DNA of 64,000 nucleotides from Pavona decussata (Eukaryota): NCBI GenBank assembly GCA_977016875.1, contig CDRNST010000058.1, positions 3,906,001 to 3,970,000 of the forward strand, read 5' to 3'. Shown piece by piece: positions 50,097 to 62,410 of this stretch (position 1 is its first letter; each line of letters starts with the position of its first letter). The notes under the pieces were generated by a model. It saw only the letters and a program-made list of their open reading frames with translations, ran no database searches and was not told where the DNA came from. The position numbers and the translations under genes were made by a program.

Positions 50097-53000
50097 TGGG
50101 CGGCCGTTAAAAAAACCTTGGTTTTCGAGCAGACGATATTTTCTTGTGGCAGTGGCTGGCACTGGCTGCTCGGCGGGCCCCACCAAAACGTTATATTTGC
50201 GCGCGAAAAATACCACCAGCTACGCAGGCTGAAAAGGTTTCCAAATGTTTCACATTGAAGAGATTGTGAGGAAAATATCCCCCATAGAGAATAGCTGTTT
50301 TCAGGGAAATGTTCTTGTGTAAGAGTCTCTTTTTTGAGAAATCAAAGTTTCTCCTGGTGATACATTTTCTGTTAATATGGAAAGTTTCCCCATGAGGAAA
50401 GTGACTTCTGATGGACATGTGAGTATCTTCTGGAAGACACTTTTCAAATAAGTAAACTGCCAACAGACATAATTTTAGCTGAACGTTGAAGATATGACCC
50501 CGGCCAGTGATTCTACCGTGAAACAATAAAAAATCGACTTCTTTTGACCACAAATGTTCCCTTGCAAGGCACTTTTAAAGGATCTGCGGTTACTATCAGT
50601 TAAGTTGTCAACTGACTCAAATAGTCGACTTGCATGCTGTATTATGATGCTTGAATCCAACCACAACAGCCGCAAATATAATGTTGATAATTTCAATTTT
50701 TAAATGCTGTAACAGAGGAAGTTAGATAGTGGCACACGAGTAAGTTTTCCTTGACAAGTCTTTTGACAATTTTGACTTGTTTCGGTTTTCAGTGAAGACG
50801 GAATGACAGTTACCTGTTTCATTCTTTACAAGAACTTCCTTATACAAGCCTTGACAAAACCTTACGTTTCTTTTCAAATATCAACTGCATTGGTGACTGC
50901 CACTTAACAATATATCAAGAAATATTTTGGGCGCTAGCAAAAATAGATTAAGGAAGTGCGAAATGATACTAAGTGTATAATCGACTGAAGATCTACGACT
51001 GTTTTCCTTACAAAGTACCACTGCATTAGTCTGAAATAAGGGCCCATTTTTTACTTCTCTGGACACCTCCATCTATACAACTGGCAAGGGAATGTCAACA
51101 AAGCATACAGTTATTTCAATTGTTCAGCCTTGACTTGGACTACTACGAGCGAAGTGAACGCAGTACATATACAGCAACTGTTTAATCGGACCTGACTAGC
51201 TCATGTTTCCTAAGCGAATAAAATAACACTTTTACTCTCAAAATAATAGTGATAATAAAAAGGGATTGCTCTTATTTGGCATGAAAAAAGAAAGAAGAAC
51301 AGAATCGTAGATATTCCGTAAGATTTCTCGTCCAGCCGCTATGAATTATATTCAATAAATGGCCGCGAAATGTTTGACTGAGCGGCGGTGATTGGAATTA
51401 AGTTTGCTCCGGACACTTTATAATACTTATTCTTTATCTGTTTTCTTTGTATAGTCAAAGGATCTCACACACAACCCTTTCTCCGCGTTATAGTTGACTT
51501 GCCGTGTCAGACAGCTTAAAATAATAATATACGTACATAAGCTTTCCGCACAATTGCGACGTCGCTTTCACGGCGAAGTGAAGCTGTTCGAAATTTTCTT
51601 TTAGTGAAATGACTAAATTTTCTCAGTGGTGTTCGTGGCCTCTCATAAAATTTACATCGATGTTTCTGTTTCCGTATTTTGGTTAAGTCACTCGTTTTTG
51701 CTTCAGCTGAAAATTTGAGTACTATGTGATAGATGCAAAGAGAGAAGAGAAAGAGAAAAGGAGCCTCGGCTGGCTGCGTTTTCTTTTACTGAGCCTACAG
51801 CATCCTCTCATGAAACTACATATATCTCGTAGTAAGGAAATCAGAATTTTATTTTAATTCATAGTGGGCTAAACATGACCCATGACACCGAATCAAGCAA
51901 TATTAAATAGTGTAATATGGAAAGCAATGAAATAAGTTTGAAATGAGCCTAATGATCTACTCAATATAAGATCATCAGTTGAGATGGCCTCTTAAAAACT
52001 ATAAGAAAAGCTAGTTTAGTTTAAAAATTACTAAACGAAGACGACTGCACGAACTTGGCGGTCATGTCGTATTGCGATTTTGTCCTGATTACTCTAGGTT
52101 AGAGAAAATTTCCAAAAGTTTTCGCACTCATCATAGTAACTGAGTAACTGTACATTTGTGTTTTGTTTTACGCGTACGATATTTTTATTCTTCCGCTTCC
52201 CGTATAGGACATGTACACATGTTAACTACAGTCACCTTCTCAGACGATAAGATTGGTAGTGTTCTGAAGCCGGAATTCTGTATTAAATTGAGTTAGCTAT
52301 TTTTGGGAAGTCTAATCTTCACAAAATAGTGATGTTTTCGATTCATTTCGGTGACGTGTTGAGTTTTCGCAGCGTATATAGACAACAATCTTGCGCTAGG
52401 ACAATTATGAATTTTGAAAAGGCCCACCGATGAATCGACCAGAAGAATTTTGTCGACCGCTAAGACTGAGGATATCAAAGACATAAACGAAGATGACTTC
52501 CGTTTAATTCTCAGAGACTCAGAAACCAAATATTAGCGTCATTGCTGTCAATAAAAAGGTTCTTGTTTTAATGATAGATTTTGCGTCCTTGTTATAACAA
52601 TCGCGATATGATATGATCATGAGCAATTGAGCAATAACCTACGCGCTTTACTTCAAAGAGTGGACGCCTAATTTGCCTTGAGGATTCCATTGTGGTTAAA
52701 ATGATCTGGGAAGAAAATAACAAAGGGAAAAAATTTTTAAGCACCACCTGGAATATCGACGCAGGACGGCCACTTTCGGGTTGTCGAAAGCAGACTATTT
52801 TGGTGTCATTCTTTTCATTCTTAATTTCAAATTCTAATTTCGGCACTTCTACCTGCGAAAGTTGTCTTCCCAAACACTCTCAAATATTCCCCAAAAATTC
52901 CGCATTGCACGACCTCGCATAAAATCGATCTAAAAGCTAATGGATACATTTTCGGATTAGTGAAAATCTTACTGAACAAATAATTCAACTCTAAAATCTA

Positions 53001-56000
53001 CACAAAAATGCTTTAAAACGTGAAGCACAAAATGGCCATTGCTTTCGAAGACACTGTGGCATTCTTTCTTTCTCTTAATCTTGAATTTGTTTCCTTAAAA
53101 CTATCCTCGAGTTAAGTCCAATTTGATTGTTACAGTGATATTAAAACCTCTTAAGAAAAAAGATTTCTCTTTTGCAACAATTTAAAAATGTTGACACGGT
53201 ATTTATGCTGGTTAACTCTAGTTTCAGAGAAACATAATAACTGAATTCTCAAGATTTAAAATCAATTTTCTCCAAAAATATGCATCACGGACGCTTGCCA
53301 CAAGGATATCGTAAGCTTATCACTGAAGGCTAAAATTTTACAAGAAATGCTTTAGTAGAGCGAACCGTGAATTTAGTACTGCAGCGCTTCAAGCGTAGCC
53401 TTTTCAAAGTAATAAATACATTTGGTGTGTTCCTAACGATATAAATTTTTGCTTATTACAAAAGCAGCAACGTGCATACCTACGCCGTATCATCACGGGC
53501 GTTTGCCACGAGGATATTAGTTACAAGCTTATCGCTGAAGGCTAAAACAGTTTTCAAGACATGCTTTAGTACAGCGAACCGTGAATTTAGTCCCAGCAGC
53601 GCTTGAAGCGTAGCTTTTCAAAGTAATGCTGATACATTTGGTGTGGTCCAATCGATACAAATTTTTTCTAACTACAATCGCATCAATGTGAGAGTGTATG
53701 GATTGAACAACTACAACAGATTTTGGAAATTTAAGGAAATTGGGAAGACAAACTAAAAAGGATTTTGATTGAACAAACGTTAGCAGTTCTCCGGGATACA
53801 TGTTCATGAGCATGTTACGTTTTTTCATTTTATTAATTTACCTTACACCATCAAATATGGGCCATGATCTGCTCCATTCGTTTAAAAGTGATAAAAGTGG
53901 CATGGGCGGCCGTTTAAAATCCCCCTGGTTTTCTGGCAGTCGATGTTTTCTTGCGGCATAATGGCTGCTCCCCCACCAAAACTTTATATTTGCGCGCGGA
54001 AAATACCGCAAGCTACGCAGGCTGAAAAGGTTTCCAAATGTTTCACACTGGTTGAGATTGTGAGGAAAATATCTCCCATAGAGAATAGCCGTCTTGAGGG
54101 AAATGTCCTTGTATAAGAGTCTCTTTTTTTAAGAAATCATTTCTCCCGGTGCGGAAAAGTGATTTCTGGTGGACATGTGAGTATCTTCTGGAAGACATGC
54201 ACTATTGAAATAAATAAGCTGCCAACAAACATAATTTTAGCTGAACGTTGAAGACCCCGGCCAGTGATTTTACCGTGAAACAACGAAAAAACGACTACTT
54301 TCGACCACATATTTTCTCTTACAAGGCTCTCTGAAAGCCGCAAATATAATGTCGATAATTTTAATGTTTAAATGCTGTAACAGAGGAAGCTAGGAGAGTG
54401 GCACACGAGTGAGTTTTCCTTGACAAGTCTTTTGACAATTTTGACTTGTTTCGGTTCTCAGTAAACTTGTTCAAAGACGGAATGACAGTTATCTGTTTCA
54501 TTCTTTACAAGAACTTCCTTATACAAGCCTTATAATGACAAAACCTTACGTTTCTTTCCAAATATCAACTGCTTTGGTGACTGCCACTTGACAATAAATC
54601 AAGAAATATTTTGCTAGCAAAAATAGATTAAGGAAGTGCGAAATGATACTAAGTGTATAATCGATTGAAGATCTACGATTGTTTTCCCTTCAAAGTACCA
54701 CTGCGTTAGTCTGAAATAAGGGTTCATTTTTGACTTCTCACGACACTTCTATATAACCGGAAAGGGAATGTCAACAAAACTTACAGTTGTTTCAGTTGTT
54801 CAGCCTTGACTTAGACTGCTACGAGCGAAGTGAACACTGTACAGCAACTGTTTAATAAAGCTGACTCGCTCTTGTTTCCTAACCAAATAAAATAACACTT
54901 TATTCTCAACTATAATAGTGATAATAAAAGAAAGAAGAACAGAATGGTAGGTATTCCGTTAGATTTCTTGTCCAGCCGGCGCTATGAATTATATTCAATA
55001 AATGACCGAAATGTTTAAGCGAATTGGAAATAAGTTTTCTCCGGACACTTTATAATACTTATTCTTTATGTTTGTTTTCTTTGTATAGTCAAATGATCTG
55101 ACACACAACTCTTTCTCCGCGTTATAGTTGACCTGCCGTGCCAGGAAACTTAAAATCAACAATATACGTATACTGAAGCTTTCCGCACAATTGCGACGTA
55201 GCTTTTCACGGCGAAGTGAAGCTGTTCGAAATTTTCTTTTAGTGAAATGAGTAAATTTTCTCAGTGATGTTCATAACGTCTTATCAAATTTACATCGATG
55301 TTGCTATTTAATGTTTTGGTTAAGTCACTCGTTTTGCTTCAGCTGAAATTTTGCGTACTATGTGATAGATGCAGAGAAAGAATTAAAGAGAAAAGGAGCC
55401 TCGGCTGTGTTTTCTTTTGCTGAGCCTATACAGCAGCCTCTCTTGAAACTACATATCTCGTAGTAAGGCAATCGGAATTTATTTTAATTTATAGAAGTAA
55501 TATTAAATAGTGTAAAGAAAGCAATGGAATTAGTTTAAAACGAGCCTATATAATGATCTACTGAATATAAGATCATCAGTTGAGATGGCCTCTTAAAAAC
55601 TGTAAGAAAAGCTAGTTTAGTTTAAATTACTGAACGAAGACGACTGCACGAACTTGGCGGTTTCGTGTCGTATTGCGATTTTGTCCTGATTACTCTAGGT
55701 TAGAGAAAATGACCAAAAGTTTTCGCACTCATCATAGTAACTGTACACCTGTGCTTTGTTTTACAATATTTTTATTCTTCCGCTTCCCGTATAGGACACA
55801 TGCTAACTATACAGTCTTCTTCTCAGACGATAAGATTGATAGTGTTCTGAAGCCGGAATTCTGTATTAAATTGAGTTAGCTATTTTTCGGAATTTTTAAT
55901 TTCCAAAAATACTGATGTTTGCGGATTCATTTCGGTAACGTGTTGAGTTTTCGCGGTGTAGACAACAAGCTTGCGCTAGGACAATCATGAATTTTAAAAA

Positions 56001-57298
56001 GGCCCACCGATGAATCAACCTGAAGAATTTTGTCGGTCGCTAAATTCAGACTTTTCTAAAATTTCGATTGAGGATATATCAAAGACATAAACGAATATGA
56101 CTTCCGTTTAATTCTCAGAAACTCAGAAACCACATATTAGCGTCATTGCTGTCAATAAAAAGGTTTATTCTTTTAATGACAGATTTTTGTCCTTGTTATA
56201 ACAATCGATATGATATGATCATGAGCAATTGAGCAATAACCTACGCGCTTTAATTCAAAGACTGGACGCCTAATTTGCCTTGAGGATTCCATTGTGGTTA
56301 AAATGATCTGGGAAGAAAATAACAAAGGGACAAAATTTTTAAGCAGCGCCAGGAAATCTGCCAATCGACACAGGACGGCCACTTTCGGTTTGTTGATAGC
56401 AGACTATTTTGGTGTCATTCTTTTCACTCTTAATTTCAAATTCTAATTTCGACACTTCTAGCTACGCCTGTTGTCTTCCCAAACACTCTCAAACTGATCC
56501 CCCAGAAATTGCGGCATTGTACGACCTCGCATAAAATCGATTTTAAAGCTAATGGATACATTTTGGGATTAGTGAAAATTTTACTGAACAAATAATTCCA
56601 CACTAAAATCTATACTAAAATGCTTTAAAACGTGAAGCGCAAAAGTGGGCATTGCTTTCAAATACACTGTGGCATTCTTTCTTTCTCTTAATCTTGAATT
56701 TGTTTCCTGAAAACCGTGATCCTCGACTTAAGTCCAATTTAATTGTTACAGTGCCGGATTAATTAAAACCTCTTACGAAAAAAGATTTCTCATTTGCAAC
56801 AATTTAAAAATGTTAAGTAACATGGTACTTATGCTGGTTCACTCCAGTTTCAGTGGAACATAAGAATTCTCAAGAAGGAAAATTAATTTTCTCCAAAAAT
56901 ATCAAAGTGCATCACGGACGCTTGCTACAAGGATATCGTAAGCTTATCACTGAAGGCTGAAATTTTACAAGACATGCTTTAGTAGAGCGAACCATGAATT
57001 TAGTCCTCCAGCGCTTGAAGCGTAGCCTTTTCAAAGTGATACTACATTTGGCGTGTTCCTAACGATACAAATTTTTGCTTGTTACAACCGCATCAATGCT
57101 AGAGTGTATGGATTGAATGACTACTAGAGATTGCGGAAATTTAAGGAAATTCGGAAGAGAAACTAAAAAAGGATTTTGATTTAACAAACGCGTTAGCAGT
57201 TCTCTCAGTTCTCTGTTACGTTATTTTCGTTTGATAAATTTGCCTTACACAATCAAATTTGGGCCATGATCTGCTCGATTCGTTTACACTGAGAAAGG
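50097..57298. repeat. Tandem segmental duplication of a ~3.4-3.8-kb non-coding unit (50097-53900 and 53903-57298)
   Basis: Both units start tgggcggccgtt and end gggccatgatctgctc; colinear similarity throughout with indels. Unit 1 has an extra ~200-bp internal tandem (53282-53465 / 53488-53680). Confidence 0.95.
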
Positions 57299-60198
57299 GA
57301 GGTAGATTATATGAGTTGATATGACGTCGACTAAGTTTCTGAGTTTTTTGGTCATCTATACGCAGCGAAATTATAACCGCTTAAACTAACAAACCAAGTT
57401 AAGCTTTTATTTGATGTAAGTCCGTTTTGCTCTCTCCATACAGTTGCTTTCAGTCACCACACAAGTGGAATCGGTGACAGAGTCAGTTCCGTTTCCTTGG
57501 AAGACGCCAAAGAAGTGAGTCTGCCGAACAAGTTTTAAAACGTTTCAGTTCCAAACGTTCTTTTTAGTTAAATACAGTGAGGTCCCAATGAAGCATGTAC
57601 AGTGGCATAGCCGATTTGATCCAAAGTTTTCTTCAAATCTAGTTTAAACGACGGAAAATAGTTTCTCGTCGAATGGGATGTGAAATTTGGAGAGTGTTTC
57701 CCAGACAGGAATTGATAACATTTATTTGATTTACGCGAGATGTCTGAAGCCATTCGTCCTCCCCCAAGAAAAATTTTGAGTTAATGTTGATCAGTTTAAA
57801 ATAAATGTCTTGTTTCTTCGATTCCATCTCGCTTCATTATATACGTTGCTATTCCACAAGATGTTTCATTACTGTACTTCAGCAGCGGGCTGTTTACTGT
57901 TATGCCCTTTCGTCTGGAGCTTGTGCTTTAGATTTTACTACGTAGCGGTAGTGACAACAGAGATCAATGTACATTTGCAATTATTAAATAAATTTCGCTT
58001 TTGGGATCAAGGAGTTCATTTCTCGTGTTTGTTTCAATTGGTTTACAAGCCCATGTTCGTAACAGCAGCCGTGTGCTCCCATATAAACAGATAAGCAGTA
58101 AGCAAGTTTGTTTTCTCTGTTTTGTTTTCGATACATCGCGAGTTGTGGTGCGGAAGTTGTGAAGACTTTTTTTTCAGTCAACGTTTGCAATTCTGTTGGC
58201 CGATGACTTTTGCTGCTCTTTGGTTTCAAAAGGTACAATTATTTAATACGGTTAAAAATGAGATTTATTGAGATAATTAACAGCTTTGATTCATTTTAAG
58301 GTTATTAATAATTACAGCCATAGATTAGTTATTCCGTGTTAGGTGTCTCTCTCGAAATTTGAGATGATAAATTTAAACCCTTTCGAGATTATGTTTCAGA
58401 GGAAGTTGTTTTCTCGCGGCGTTTTCCACTTATGTCGCTTCACCCCGGTCAGTTTCGAAATCTTTCGGTACTTCAAACGCTGGCCGAATTTAGTGAACAG
58501 AGATTTTTCGTTAAATTGCCAAAATCAGAATTTTACTGATGCACAATATAACACAACCAGAAAATTATTTTTAAACGTTTCGCATTTTCGAGAAGGAAGT
58601 GAATTCTTTCTTCGCTTCACGGCTAGAAATCAAGTTCAATCTGCCCTCCACGACAACTTTCTCATTAAAGGACGCTTTAGCGTGTTCTTAGTAAAAATTA
58701 AGTTACAATCTTACTGAGTGAAATTAAACAATATATGATTAAATCAACGATCTTTTATTCCTCGTTGAAAAGAGTCGAAGTTTATGCTGGAAAGGTCTTA
58801 GTGGGGAATATTACGAATACCACGATTGTGTTAACACAGTTTGCCAAGAAAAACAATCAGAGATTATAATTTCTCATGTAGAATAAATTGTAAAAAAGCA
58901 ACTCTGTCAAAGTATGGATTTATGCAAAGCTATTTTCTCTTCCTTAACCGCTTAAACTTTACAATTTCATTTCTTTTCACGCACAATTAAAGCGTTATTT
59001 TAAAATTATTGCTTCCGGATCCCTCACCGTTTGTCCCCTTTATGCTCTTATAATTACCAGTGTGGTGCTTTGGCCTTTTGTAGACATTTCCTTGCTCCTA
59101 AGAGATTATGCTTAACTTACATTTAGCTTTCGTTGTAAATTTGTGAAGGATACAGCTGTTAATTCATTTTGACAAATTTCTCTTCCTGTTGTTTTGATTT
59201 ATCTTCTTAGGGTAGAAATGCAAACATGTCGAAATTTGAATACAACTTTTCCTTCAATAAAATCAAATCGATCTCGAATATCGCTTTTGCATACTTCTTA
59301 AGGCAATAACATTTCAAATAATTTTGGGCAAAAAGGGCTGAAACAGCCGTGGCCTCCATGGTTAATGCACCACATTTGTCGAATGAAAGTAGTCTTAAAG
59401 ACAAATATTACAATATTTAAAATTATTTCATAGCCGTATGAAAATATGGAGCTTGTTATCCGGGCCACCCCTTATAAATTGCTCAAAGCGGTTTCCCACT
59501 GAGCAACTTCTTTTGTGGAGTACCCGATGCGTTCAACAGGCTGGCGCGTAGCGTACATTCGCGCAAAAAGAAAACCGACGTTCTAGCCTTCCGCCCGCCT
59601 GCTATACTATCTTCCAACAATAGTGATGAGGTCTGATGACTTTTCGAAAACAGGAATACTCAACAAAATACAATTCTAGGGAAAAGAGGTAGAATTTGTA
59701 GTGTGTACGAGACGTTGTAGCCGATTTAGTGTTCTTTGCTTTTGTTTTATTCTTGCTTTTTTAAAAAATTCAAATTTCGTAAAAAGGAACGATCACCGCG
59801 AGTATAAACCGCCAAAGCAAACAAGGTCGCAGACGTTTTAAGACTATACGGAAGCTCCACACGCAAAAATTACAATAGGAGCAGAATCGAGCAGAGACAG
59901 AGATTTTATAGCCGGTTCACGTTAAAATTTTCTGACTGCAATGCAATCTATTTATTAAAAGAACATAAAACTTAAATAATAGCTTTATGAGTTTTGGCGA
60001 ATGTATTATTAATATTCAGTTGAGATGTCTTGCAGGAAAATAACTCAAACGCCGGCTTAACTACGGTTAGCTTTTGCGCGTGGCACTACGCAAACCTTAG
60101 CAAATAAATGCGAACGTGTTGTTGGTCATCTTTCGCGTTTCTCAATGTACACAAATTGGACAAAAATAACCAATATGTTCTTTCAATCAGCCTTGAAC

Positions 60199-60235
60199 GT
60201 TGCATCATCAGGTTCCGGCATGCTATGTATAAAAG
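60199..60235 (+). promoter_or_regulatory. Putative core promoter of precursor gene B: C/EBP-ATF composite site plus TATA box
   Basis: gttgcatca (reverse complement TGATGCAAC) at 60199-60207 and tataaaag at 60228-60235, about 75 bp upstream of the ATG at 60306. Confidence 0.55.
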
Positions 60236-60305
60236 AGAGCCAGAAGCACACTGTTAACCATTGGTTCCAGAAGGTACCCATCAAGCGGATCAGCAACCCA
60301 GCAAG

Positions 60306-61484
60306 ATGATTTTCTCCCGTCTTTTTGTCGTCTTCGTTCTAGCAGTACTCTCAACTTTGGCAGGTAAATTACTCATTCATTTAACTTAATTTAGAGTAAT
60401 CTGTTCTTTTCACAACAGGTTTTCTGTTCTTTTACTAAATTACAATTTCATTCGTTATGTCTTTTTTCCAGATGCCAGATCCCAAGAATCCTTGGTAATG
60501 CGAGTCTTCACGTCAGACTTCCATCCTTCAGATGATCAAATGGTGGCTTTGTTAAAGAAGGCAGACCTGGAAAGCCATGGCTTCAAAAAGGAGGTCATTA
60601 CGTCACTTAAGAGCGATCCCGGGAGTAACAAACCAATCTACGAGAAAAAGTTCCTGTACTACAAGACCGTCTCCTGCTCACGGGCGCAGGAAGTTGTACA
60701 AGAATTACAAACTTTGTTGCCAGGTAAATGTGATTTCTTACTTCTGAATTTCTTTCATTAATTTAGAAACCAACAAAGAAAAAGAAAAAAAGAAATCGTA
60801 CGTATACTCTTTTTTTGCGGTTAACTTATTGCGTCCACACGTTATGCGATTTACTGGGTGTCTTCTTGGGCAGGTTACATTTCAGCGCCATTTTGAATTA
60901 ACCTTACATGTGCATCGGGTTGCATTGCATTGGAACTGAGTTAAAAATAAAAATAGAAAAATCGACACAAATTCGCACTTCAAACTTGATCAAAAGCTTA
61001 ATGAGAATTTAAAGATTTTATCATCGACGTTTCGGCAATGCTGCCTTCTTTAGGGTACAAAACTATACCGTTAAAAAATTCCGGGGCCTCTTGTTTCTCA
61101 GCCATTCGAGCTTAACCTAAATGTTGTGTATATATGGTACACATGCGATACGTCAGCAAATATCTATCTCGAGAAGAATTAAATCTCACAATCAGCATAA
61201 CTGATGATGGCTCCACAGTCAAGAAGTCAATCAATCTTCGAGTATTTCTTGATTCTAATCAGTAATGGTTCGTTTTATTAGCTGCATATGGAATGGACGT
61301 GGTTACGAAGATCAACAGCGAGATCAAAGCCAGAAACCTGACCAACATGAAGCAGTGCAATGTGGGAGTGGAGATTCATTTGAAGGAGGGACGGAACTGC
61401 CCCGACAAAAAGAGTAGCACCCGTCGTCGTAAACGAAGTCCGTGCTTTCTTTGCTTCGGCTGTGGCTGGATTCAAGCATCATAA
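60306..61484 (+). CDS. Uncharacterised secreted precursor B (170 aa): signal peptide, conserved pro-domain, furin site RRRKR, 15-aa Cys-rich peptide SPCFLCFGCGWIQAS
   Basis: Exons 60306-60363, 60472-60723, 61282-61484 (513 nt; phases 1, 1; GT-AG). Protein MIFSRLFVVFVLAVLSTLADA-RSQESLVMRVF...LKKADL...YYKTVSCSRAQE...TLLP...QCNVGVEIHLKEGRNCPDKKSSTRRRKR-SPCFLCFGCGWIQAS*. TATA upstream, AATAAA at ~61608. Confidence 0.9.
61015..61057 (-). repeat. Penelope-type hammerhead-like remnant in gene B intron 2
   Basis: Minus strand cctaaagaaggc-agcatt-gccgaaacgtcg matches CUGAAGA/stem II/GAAAC with one core substitution. Confidence 0.4.
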
Positions 61485-61769
61485 CATAGCATTTGCAGCA
61501 TAGCAACAGCCGATTAAAAGCTAAAGCTTTGCAAGGGGAAAATTTGTAGTCAAAAGTCGACGTTTTTCAATTGTGATGCAAGGTAAAATGGCTGAGGTTA
61601 AAGGGAAAATAAACGCTTCGTTAAAATTACCATAATTGTTTTCGACTTATTGACTGACAGAGTATGGGTCACTTTCCTTAAACCTCTAAGGCCCTCTAAA
61701 TACCAGCCATTGAACTGAATGGGCTACCCTGCCGGAATAAAGTTTACTTACGTGTCCCACTTACCTAAC

Positions 61770-62410
61770 TTCGAAAAAGAGAGCTTTTCTTATCTGAGGA
61801 CATTTCCCAAAAAGGAAAACCTCTACAAATTAGGGAGGGCTCCCAACATTTAGCAGCAGTATTCTATGAGAAATCGCTTTACTAGAGGAAACATTCCATT
61901 AGCTAGGCAAACTGTCTTACAAAGGGCCCATTTCCCACAGGGGATAATAAAAGTTATAAACGCCTAATAAACGGATATTCCCCTGAACGAAGACCTTCTA
62001 TAAGAGGACTGCTATTTTAGGGACAATTCTGTTTGAAGGGGGCACTTCTCAGAATGTAACCCCTCCCATAAGAGGAGACAGTACCCCGATAGGAATACGT
62101 CCTGCAAACGGCACTTACCCTGCTTACCCTAGAAGTAAAATCCCTGAAATTCTTGCAAGAGATTGACATGTGCACTTTTCAGGGGCACAATTTTTCTAGG
62201 GGGATATTTCCACCAAAGAACCAGTCAGTTGTAAGGGGACATTTTCTAAATATGGACACTTCTCAAAAGGGAAAGGCTTTCCGTGAGCACAAGCCTAGGA
62301 GATGTTTGCTCGTGAGCCATTATTACCTTACCTCCCACAAAAAAAGGTTTCTTGCAAGGGACTTCAAAGAACCCGGCTTTCCACAAAGGAGAGCTTCTTA
62401 ACCACAAAAT
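61770..62410. repeat. Highly degenerate ~20-bp-unit minisatellite-like tract
   Basis: Recurrent (a)ggg(g)aca(t)tttc(c) variants: gaggacatttccc, aagggcccatttccc, agggacaattct, ggggcacttctc, ggggacattttct. Confidence 0.45.

Noticed and set aside
59632-59655. ctgatga...gaaa hammerhead candidate
   Set aside because: Stem II is essentially absent and no flanking stems were found.
60472-60723. Pro-domain as a VapD/Cas2, cathelin or BRICHOS homologue
   Set aside because: Only the secondary-structure pattern or overall precursor layout is similar. Family-specific motifs and Cys spacing are not evident, so no name was assigned.
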